From contig CM119270.1 in the NCBI GenBank assembly GCA_051294375.1, positions 14,231,672 to 14,293,681 of the forward strand: 62,010 nt of DNA, written 5' to 3'. A program made the position numbers and the translations under genes. The notes under the pieces are model-generated. The model was not told where the DNA came from, did not search any database, and saw nothing but the letters and a program-made list of their open reading frames with translations. Origin of the DNA: Paraspadella gotoi (Eukaryota; Animalia; Chaetognatha). Shown piece after piece: positions 51,745 through 62,010 of this stretch; positions within the stretch are counted from its first letter, which is position 1; every line of letters starts with the position of its first letter.

Positions 51745-52365
51745 TACAGGCGTAGTAAAATTTCTAAATTAACTTTAATTAAAATTTCTAAAAAGTAAGG
51801 AACGAAACAACTATTATTAATGAACACTTTATGTAATAAAAAAATTTATAATAAATTTTACAATCTTATGCATAGGCTTATATTATATACTAGTTACAAA
51901 CCAATAAATGTTAAATTTCAAAACAGTTTCTTTCTAAGAATTTTTTGCAAGATTTTGATTCGTCATTAAAGAAGTTGATAAAAGAAATATAACTCTTTTT
52001 GAAAAATTTCCTATCATTAAGTGGGCAAAAAATGAAAAAAGCAATATTTTAAGCTGAAAATTTCACTTTTTATATATTAACTCATAGTTTTTTAATTTTT
52101 ACAATTTAATGAAAGAATTTTAAAAATTGATTTATATTTTCTTTTATCAACTTTTGACGAGGAATTCAAATCATGTAATTAAAAATTAAGAAAAGCCTTT
52201 TTTTGAAATTTTTTCAGTTTTATTAAGGATAGTACTATATATAAATAAGCTACTGCGAAAATTAAAAAACATAAAATTATTTTTTTTTACAAAATTAATG
52301 TTTTACTGATGGTATGTTGTTCTAATTGACTTTAGAATTTCGTATATAACTTCCACTACGCCTTA
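51745..52365. mobile_element. Non-autonomous DNA transposon (MITE/foldback, hAT- or Mutator-like)
   Basis: Termini ta(c)aggcgtagt...actacgcctta; TSD gtgaccat at 51737-51744 and 52366-52373 (extendable to 10-bp agtgaccatt); long internal inverted arms (aagttgataaaagaaatataa vs ttatattttcttttatcaactt); empty site present at about 47641-47648. Confidence 0.85.
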
Positions 52366-52982
52366 GTGACCATTCATATCAAGTATAACATATCATCTAA
52401 CAAACGAAGATCTTTAGATTTGGACTTGGACTTACTATTGGACCGATAATATAACAATTAAGCATTACTACAATCAAACATGTTACTCCCAATAAGAGCA
52501 TTCTTCACAGCGCTCTCACTCCAACGAAGCCATTACGCTGACCACTCAGTGGACCCAAAACCCCTTTCACACCTAAAATCACGACGCGTCTCTCACCGCC
52601 CTCCACGTCTTCTTGTCCCCCTCGCGTGGACTGATGGGCGATTTTTGAAGAAAATCCAATCAAGTGTATACCAGATATTACGCAATGTGGGAGAGAGAGA
52701 GAGAGACAATGAGAGAAAGAGAGAGAGCGAGAGAGGGAGGGAGAGAACGAGAGAACGAGAGGCGAGAGAGAGAGGCCAATCTCGTCCACCTGATTGCTAA
52801 CTCGGCCAGACATTCGTCCCATGTGCATCGTTCTTTTTTCTGCTCTCACTTCTCTCGCTCTGGGTCTTTCTTTATTATCTGTCCTTTGTGTCTCTTTTTT
52901 TCTCTCTCTTCTCTTTTTTTTTCGCTTTCATTTTTTATATCGCTTGCCAGATGGCCGCCTTCCGTTTTCGTGAGAGGGACGG

Positions 52983-53046
<64 letters not shown>

Positions 53047-54086
53047 TTCACCTTATTTTTTATTTCACCTTTTTTCTCTTCTTTTTGAAAATCGACTTAA
53101 CGATCTCGGGCAGAGTGGGCAAAATAAAACCTATTATCATCTCGCGAATCCGCTTCGATTCTAATTTCTCTCTCTCTCTCTCTTCTCTCTCTCTCTACTC
53201 ATCTCTTCTCCCTCTCTCCCCAATCTCTCAATTTCCTCTTCATCAAATAATGACTCGATTGGAAATTAAGGCGGACAGTGAATTAACAGCGAGATGAAGC
53301 GACACAGCGAATTAACAAGGCAGCGAACGTCGCGTTCAAAAGCGCGTCGTTCGACTTTAACGATTCCACTTTATAGTAAACTCGTCGCCAAGCAACCGTC
53401 GTATTAATGCTATTTTTCTCGTCTACCTTCCTGTCTTATTTTACCGGATTTCCAATTATCTTTTCAAATCACACTTCATTCACCATTGAATTTAAAACAG
53501 AATTCATCATATTCATCATATTATTGTATTCATTCTCATAATTTCGCCCAAACTCTCTCACTATTTTCTGCGAATTACATCAAAAACTTACGGCAAATAC
53601 TTCGCCCGGCCGGTAAATACAATGGCTTTTAATTTCTTAAAAAATATACAAAAGATACACAATGTACTCAACAAACCCTAATAGTCTTGTCCTCTCCAAA
53701 AATTAACTCCTCCATATCCATGAGCATTCGCCCAACCATCGTCCTCGCAATTGCTCTTTTTTTATCAACCTACATAACCGTTGACTCGCCTTCGCGTCTC
53801 ACCTATTTACCTACTCACGTTATCCCCGACACTCCTCACTATCACTTCACCCATCACAATTCGCAAACCCTTCGTCCTACCATCCACCCTACAACCCTCA
53901 CAATCTCACTACTAAAATCCGCCCACGGCAGCCGCATTGCGAGTCGTCGGCGCCCGGCCGCCGCAACCACAGCCGCGCCTTGAGGACTTACGAGAATTCG
54001 GTCCGAAGATCGAATCTAATATTGATGGTCTCTCGCAATACCTGCCAAAGGAGCAAACGTCCCAAACACCAATGCCGCGATGGAGA

Positions 54087-54161
<75 letters not shown>

Positions 54162-57100
54162 GCTTAACACGAGCGGTTGCTCGAGCGCTTGTCCCAGGAC
54201 TTATTTTCATGGTTAGCAAGGAGTGCCGAGGAAGGAGAGAAGGGGGGAGGGGGAGGAAGAAGAAGAAAAGAGAAGAAGAAGCAGGGGAGGAGAGGAGGAG
54301 GAGAAGAGAGAAGATGTTCGTTCTCAGGCATCTGACCAAACAATGAGACTGGCGATAAAGGCGTTGGCANNNNNNNNNNNNNNNNNNNNNNNNNAATGAA
54401 GGGCGTGAGCGTCGATTAGGCGGGCAACTCGAGGAGGAGGAAAGGGGGAGGAAAGGGAGGAAAGGAAAGAAAGAAAAAGGAAAGGGGAGGAAAGGAAAGA
54501 AAGAAAAGGAAAGAAGGTGTAAAAAGGTAGAGAACGGAGGCGAAAGAGACGGCGGAATTAATTCTTTATCGCGCTCACGGTTGACGTGAGACGCGGTCAC
54601 GAGATTAAGAAGTTACAAACGTGACAAATATCTTCGCGCCTACATTCGTGACGTTGGAGAAAGCGGGAGAAGACGTGAACAAAATGGCCGCTTGTTTGGG
54701 AGGGGACATGCGACGATGACGACGACGACCGAGACGACGAAGAGAACGACGATGAAATTAGTAAAAGTAGAAGTTCAACGAAAAAAAATTAACTTGAGAC
54801 AGAGTTTAAAGATCAGAGCGACGACGAAAGCGACGACGATGCGACGGCGACGACGAACGACGAAGACCGACGGCAACGACGACCAACAGCAACGACGACG
54901 AACGACGAAAAACAACAACGACAACCGACGATGACGACAACAACGACGACGAACGATGACGACGCAGCATCTTATGCCATAAGTTTTTCCGCTGACGCAT
55001 CTTTTCGTCGCCTTCAAATCGACTTCGCCTTTCGAGTCAATGAATAAATCGCGAGATGGAACCGGAAGTGACGCCTTCCCACCACGCCGCCCTGCTGGAA
55101 TTGCGGAGTGAAAATGCGATCTAGGCGGTGTAGAAATGAAATAAGACGCTGTGGAACTGCGATAGGCGTGAGTTTAGTAACCGCGTGAACGATAAAGGCA
55201 TTATGGATTCTGTAGAGAATTCGAAATTTTGATGAGATATTTGTAAGTAATTTTATCACTGCATTGTTTCATACGATTTAAAGTTATGATATTATTTAAA
55301 AAGCGGAAGCGGTCATTTTGGAGACGAGATTAGCAGCGAGTCTGATTTCCCAAAAACCACCAACTCTCTTCCTCGCAGGAGATCATAAAAAGTAGTTTCT
55401 TTGACCGAAAATACGCAACTTCAGCGACTCCTAACGATAACGATCTCCAGTCTCCTTCTTACGATTCCCCAGTTCCGTCTTATCATTTCCCCGCCTTCAC
55501 CCATAAACGTTCCGAACTCCGTCGTATACATCCCTGTATCGAACAAATTGACCGTAAACCCTTCGTCGATATCGAAGAGAGAGTTGTTGTTGTTGTTGTC
55601 GTTGTTGTTGTGGACCTTGTGGTTGTTGTTGTTGTCGTCTCCGCCGTTTAAAAAGCCTTTGAATCGGAACTGATCCTCGCCTCTCCGATTCGAATCGGGG
55701 AACAAAAGCTCAACGCGCCGAGAAGAGAGGGGAAAAAAAAAAGAAAATGGCCAATTCCCCCTCGCCGCTCATGAGCCGCACCACGCCCCTCACTGACCCC
55801 CGCCCTTTCATCGCCCCCTTCCCGATCCGTCGGCCGGACACGCCCACCACCCATTCCGAGCCGGCGAGGCGATAAAAAGCCCCCCAGGGCCCGCCGGCGT
55901 TTTTCCCTGATTTAGCGATGCTGACTGGCTAATAATTGATAGACTGGCGAGCCTTTTATTCTTCTCTCTCCCGCCTCTCTCCCACTCCGTCAGCTCTCGC
56001 TCCGCCTTTACCGCCGATGGCTCGGACCGACAATGTCGGGTGCGGACTACAATGTCGGGAAAAGTGACCGGCGGACGGACGATGACGAGTCCTTTTGTCA
56101 CGACGGACCGTTTAAGAGAGAGTGACGTGTCCTTTGACAAAGAGTACGTGAGAAAACACTTTTCTCTCACTGAGACCGACAGCTTTAGCCGCTCTTTTCA
56201 AGGCTTTTGCCCGACACGGACCGACGAGACTCACAACAACGCGCCCCGACCCGATAACAACATGGAGGATTTAAAATCCACCAGAGACTGGAAAAGATGA
56301 TTGCTCCGGGAGAGAGAAGAGAGAGAGAGGAGAGTGGGAAGGAGAGAGGAGAGAGCGGCAAACACGAAACCCAAGATAGAAAATGTTGATTTGGACTTTA
56401 AAACGTTCGCCTCTGGTTGACTTTCGCGAAGATAGAAAGAAAATGAGCCCACAGTGGTTTTTGAAAGACGAGGTCGATACAGCAATAGCGACGGAATGGC
56501 AGGGTCGTAATTCGAACGACAATGTTGCCACTGTGGTTCGTTGATGGACGGAGCCAAAGAAAGTCTTCCATCGGCCGCCAGAGGATCGAGTGAAAAAACA
56601 ACACAAAAGACTTCGCTCCGACGCTAGCGGCCGACAAATCAAACAGGAAACAAGACAAGACGGATAAAAGGTTAGAAATAAGGAGAAAAACAATGAAAAG
56701 AGAGAAGAGAGGAGAGAGAGACGACGAGAGAGAGAGAGAGAGAGAGAGACCGGAGAGAGAGAAAGAAAGCACTTGGTCATGTCGTTTGATATAAGGGAAG
56801 TCGATCCCGCTCCCAGTCTTTTCTCGAGCCAAAATGAATCTCCAAAACGACTATAGTGGGACGGACGGAGATCGTTAGGATGAAGGGAGTAGGAAATAGA
56901 AGAGGAAGATGGGGAAGAGGAGATTCGTTTACGTTCCCTATGGTCTTCGGGAATTTGTTAAAAAACCTAACCCATTTCGGACTACAGGTACATTTTAACA
57001 TACCATACAAAGTTTTAAACCATATAAGCTCTCTTTAAGCCGATAAAGCGCCTACGGACCAATATATAATCCGATTTAATGCCATCCTGTCTTTCCCATC

Positions 57101-57406
57101 GATCCCACCTCCTCCTCAATCCGCCACCATCATTTCCACCACACCCACCCCAGCATTCGCCGTAAAAGGTGGTGTCCCCCGGTGCCCTTCTAAACAACGC
57201 GACAAGGAGAGAGAAAATTGAAAACAAAAGAACTCAGTTTGGGCTGAAAAGTGAATCCGATGTGAGACGACGAGGAGAGGCCGTGGGGGTGGGGGGAGAA
57301 GAGAGAGAGAGATAGAAGATACTAAGGTAAGACGTTAGTGTAAGTGAAGGAATGTGGAATTCGAACAATGCAATTGGCGAAACGGAAGAGAGAGAGAGAG
57401 AGAGAC

Positions 57407-57446
<40 letters not shown>

Positions 57447-57911
57447 GAGAGAAGAGAGGAGAGCGAGAGAGAAGAGAGAGAGAGACAGAATAGCAATGAC
57501 AAACTGAGGACAGGGAGAGGAAGTGAGAGCGAAAAAACAGGTTAAGAGAAACCCTGCAAATTATTTATTCACTTGCTTTTCTGGGAAAACCAAAAAGGTT
57601 TGAATCTATTCTACTTCCGCAAATAGAGTAAACAAAAGAGAAGCGAGAACAGGTTTCTTTTTTGGAGGAGAAGAGGAGAAATTGGGGGGGGGGAAAGGCG
57701 GGAGGAGAAAGATTGAAAATGGCGGACGGGACAGAAGAGGAAATGGATTGAAGCCAAGATAAGGCGCGAAGGGTTAAATTATTGATTCATGCAACCCTTT
57801 AAATTTATACCATAATTCATACGTTCATTCGCACGCTCTTTGATTATTTGATTCATTCATTGATTCATTCATTCATTTATTTATTCTCTCATTCATTCAT
57901 CCAAAACTCAC

Positions 57912-58200
57912 TTGAGAAAGGAGGCGAAATCGTCGGAGGGCGTTTCGCATCCGGGCCACTTGCAGACCCCGTGTCCGTAAAGCGGGTGGGATTGTCCGCC
58001 TCCGGGGCTGGCGTCCTTGTCGCTTACTCCGCCGCTGCCTCCGACAGCGCCGCCGCTGCCGCCGCTCCAGCCCCGCGAGCCCAGAACTTCCCTGGCCTCG
58101 TTGCTGAGGCTGCGCTCTCTCGATCCGCGGTCCTTGTCTCGATCTCGCTCTCGGTCACGTGATCCGTGCTGGGGAGAGTCTTGGCTGGGGGGCAGGAGGC
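57912..58200 (-). CDS. FoxP: FoxP C2H2 zinc finger exon (first half)
   Basis: gcag|(G)[19 protein letters not shown]...[30 protein letters not shown]|gtgagt; phase 1-2. Confidence 0.95.
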
Positions 58201-58344
58201 CTGCAGAGAGATGGGCGATGAGAGAGATGAAGAGAAATTAATGTCTAAAATATTCGTTATATATCATTATTATTAGTAAAGTGATTAGATATTAACAAGT
58301 AACAAGGACAAGAGCCACATTATTTCGCATCATGAAAGAAGAAT

Positions 58345-58445
<101 letters not shown>

Positions 58446-58734
58446 CACTTTCATTGTGAAGAATCTTCGGGCTCATATATTCCCCCGCGTTGTTGTCGTG
58501 TTTTTTCTTCCTCCGCGTTACCTGGTGAACTCTCACCCCGCCTTACCCCATTTTCAGCCCAACTCCGTCAACCGTGAAAAAATAGCGAGAAAAATATTTC
58601 TCTTTTTCCGGTTGCGAAGTTTTTTTTTTCAAAAATGCAAAATTCTTGAACCAGAGGACGGGGTCCCTTAATGTGTTTTTGAGGCAGAATTTTGGGTTGA
58701 CATTTGCTTTGTCGAAACTGCATTCTGAGAGACT

Positions 58735-58839
<105 letters not shown>

Positions 58840-60068
58840 CATAACAATACCGACTCTTGCGCCCCATTATTCACCGCTACCGCCGCCGCCGTCGCCGCCC
58901 CGTGACTTTTCTTAGTTTGTACAGTTGAAAAATTCAAATTCAAATTTTTGGCGCTACGGCGCCGGTGGCGGGTCGGCGGCCGGCGTAGCGCCGGCGTCGA
59001 CCGTCGCTTTTTGGGAAGGCGTGCGTTGAAAAGCGCGCCGGTCGCCGTGAAGGAAAAAAAGGGGGGGGGGCGTCGCCGTTACGAAATACGGGCGAACTCG
59101 ACGAGACACAAATACTCCTTTGCTTACAAATCTTTGCATAAACGCTAAATCTGGCAGAAAGACTTTTCCCTNNNNNNNNNNNNNNNNNNNNNNNNNNNNN
59201 NNNNNNNNNNNNNNNNNNNNNNNNNNNNNNNNNNNNNNNNNNNNNNNNNNNNNNNNNNNNNNNNNNNNNNNNNNNNNNNNNNNNNNNNNNNNNNNNNNNN
59301 NNNNNNNNNNNNNNNNNNNNNNNNNNNNNNNNNNTATAAGGAGGGGGAACGTTTAAACAACCCGCGATTCTGATTAATAACGTTATATTCCTACGTTAAT
59401 GTTATGAAAACTTGAAGAAAGATTTTCTCTTCAGGTGAGGAAGTATTAGAAGGAGAAGAGGAAGAGAGGGCGCCTCTTTTTACGGCCCTCGCTTTAAAGG
59501 TCGAAGAAGGTCATGAGTTCAACAGGTCAAAAAGGGTCGGGGCCGCTCGGGCGTTTCCGAGGAAATTCTCGCCTCAACTTTCATCTCGAGAAGTTGAAAA
59601 TTTTTTTTTTGTTTTTACTTTTACTTATTGACAGTGAGTTTTATTTTTTGGTAATATGGACACCAAAAGCGTATCGACAAGTACGAAGTTTAATTTATTT
59701 ATATACATAAATTATACATTCATGTGTATATTTATCATTTTTGTATACGTTGGCGATCGGTTTCCATTATCAATGGACATAAATTTCAGTTTCACTTAAA
59801 ATTTTCCAAACCCATGTACCCTTAGCGCGCGCTCTCGTTTAATATTCACTTCTTGGAAATGCTCACTGTTTTTTCCTCCCTTTTTCACCCCATATATAAA
59901 CNNNNNNNNNNNNNNNNNNNNNNNNNNNNNNNNNNNNNNNNNNNNNNNNNNNNNNNNNNNNNNNNNNNNNNNNNNNNNNNNNNNNNNNNNNNNAGGGCAG
60001 GCGCTGCCGAAGTAGTTTCGACGCCGCCACGCCGCCGACCCAGCCGTCGCTGCCGCCACGCCTGTTTT

Positions 60069-60070
<2 letters not shown>

Positions 60071-60152
<82 letters not shown>

Positions 60153-60154
60153 TC
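60071..60154. repeat. (TTTC)n microsatellite
   Basis: About 21 perfect copies. Confidence 0.9.
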
Positions 60155-62010
60155 GTTTATTTTCGGCGGCGTTAAATTTTAACTTTTGCCAAATGAGTTT
60201 TTGTTTTTTTTAAAGCGATCTCTTTGGTGCATCAGCGGGCATATCAGTGTCGTTCTTATCTTTTCATTTTTAAATGCTCCTACTAATAAACTTATAGTTC
60301 CCGACGTCTTAAACACGCCCTTCTCATCTCTCGGTAGCCGTCGTTGCCATATTCGTCATCGTCGTTTTGATATCTGTCGTCGTCGTCGTCGTCGTCGTCG
60401 NNNNNNNNNNNNNNNNNNNNNNNNNNNNNNNNNNNNNNNNNNNNNNNNNNNNNNNNNNNNNNNNNNNNNNNNNNNNNNNNNNNNNNNNNNNNNNNNNNNN
60501 NNNNNNNNNNNNNNNNNNNNNNNNNNNNNNNNNNNNNNNNNNNNNNNNNNNNNNNNNNNNNNNNNNNNNNNNNNNNNNNNNNNNNNNNNNNGGGCAGGGA
60601 TGTTGATTTTGGATTTGGGCGGCGGGTGAAATTAAAATTGAAAAAAGAGTAGCTTTGGAAATTGGAGTTTTATAAAAAAAGTGATACCGTAATACGGTCC
60701 GTACACAGGCGCAAGGGATCTAGAGAATATCTCAGCATCTCAACTTGAACTTTGATGCTTCGATTTACAGCATTCGTTTCATTGCGAAATGAGGATACCG
60801 TAACTTGATACAGATTTTTTGCATTTTTGCATCGTTGCGTTTCACTTTTGAACGTGATTTTCTTTTAGCAATGGTGCATCCAACCAATACGTTGCAGAAT
60901 CATTGCGATATCCCGATACTTTAGCAGCGGCGCTTTATTTTTAGGTAAGACTCGTCGAAGAAAGGTGAGGTCTCTAAAGACTCACTCGCGTCGAAGCATC
61001 AGCGTCACCGGAGGTCAATGAGACGGGCGGGACCGTCGCCGCCGCAGTCGACGCCGCAGACGCCGCAGCTAAAAAAATTCTCCACTTCTGCTGCTGCTGT
61101 TGATGAAGCGGCCAAAAGAAAAAAGACGCGCTTCGGCAATAACTGTNNNNNNNNNNNNNNNNNNNNNNNNNNNNNNNNNNNNNNNNNNNNNNNNNNNNNN
61201 NNNNNNNNNNNNNNNNNNNNNNNNNNNNNNNNNNNNNNNNNNNNNNNNNNNNNNNNNNNNNNNNNNNNNNNNNNNNNNNNNNNNNNNNNNNNNNNNNNNN
61301 NNNNNNNNNNNNNNNNNNNNNNNNNNNNNNNNNNNNNNNNNNNNNNNNNNNNNNNNNNNNNNNNNNNNNNNNNNNNNNNNNNNNNNNNNNNNNNNNNNNN
61401 NNNNNNNNNNNGCGCTCGCGCGCGCCGGGCGCTAATGGCATCTCGACGCGGCGCGAGTTGCCAAAACAGGCGGCGCTGTTTTTTGTTGCCGGCGCCGACG
61501 GCGTCGTTGCCACCGGCGACCGACGAAAAAAAAGACAAAAGGAGAGAAAAAGAAAAACGAAATTTAGCCGAAGAGGCGCTCATTTAGTTTTCTTTTTTAG
61601 GCGGTAGGGAGAGTGAGAGGGAGGGAGGGGGAGAGAGAACGAGAGAAAACAGAGAAGGCGGAGAAAAAAAAAACTTTTTTTGAGATTTGAGTTAATGATC
61701 TCAATTATTTTTCGGTGAAATTCGCGAAAGAAGAAAAAAAGTTCATTAGATGTTCGATGCCACTTACCCCGCGACTCCTCCACTCCACCAAGAAAAGGTT
61801 TTTGCGCCGATGAGAAACTTTAGGTTTAAATGAAACCTCCCTCCCACGGACCACCCTACTACCTAGCGGACCCCCCTCCCCCCGTGATGCGAAAAAAAAC
61901 TAGCGTTGCCAAAAAAAAAAAAAAAAACTGAAAAGATTTTGTTTTTCTTACGTCGGGAGACGCGAACCTCGTTAAGGATTTTCACATTTCCCTCTTTTTT
62001 CTTTCTCTTT

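Noticed and set aside
55401-55705. ORFs on both strands in a FoxP intron
   Set aside because: No recognisable motif or convincing splice boundaries; partly a (GTT)n repeat
60986-61146. Upstream FoxP exon (WPLHQQQQQKWRIFLAAASAA...|gtgagt)
   Set aside because: It has a good donor and a Gln run, but ends in phase 0 while the next exon needs phase 1, and its 5' end runs into an N gap; not supportable without transcripts
61767-61810. Possible FoxP 5' exon ending at gg|gtaagt
   Set aside because: Only a donor motif; no recognisable coding sequence or acceptor

Overview
Eukaryotic (invertebrate animal, probably a protostome or arthropod) genomic DNA from a gappy, error-prone assembly. It is rich in (AG)n microsatellites and shows no obvious CpG depletion. 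Two intron-containing genes converge. (1) A six-exon MOK (MAPK/MAK/MRK-overlapping kinase) gene lies on + at 5000-8902, with one apparent 1-nt frameshift and a 35-bp minisatellite filling intron 3. (2) A large FoxP transcription-factor gene lies on - from at least 58200 down to its stop at 15634 (C2H2 zinc finger, leucine zipper, forkhead, C-terminal exons); its 5' end is probably outside the window. The main biological signal is a pair of phase-matched alternative second-half forkhead exons: canonical [24 protein letters not shown] (23501-23622) and FOXP1-ES/insect-isoform-B-like [24 protein letters not shown] (22558 down to 21618/21614). The second exon is unusually long and may be either internal or terminal. 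Downstream of it are a strand-specific cluster of nine (U)GCAUG RBFOX motifs and a CCAAT/E2F/X-box promoter-like island with an antisense ATG plus splice donor. Two ~3.3-4 kb tandem duplications inside FoxP look like unmerged haplotype or read overlaps; one copy carries a 621-bp foldback MITE with a target-site duplication that is absent from the other copy. No CRISPR, rRNA or tRNA was recognised.
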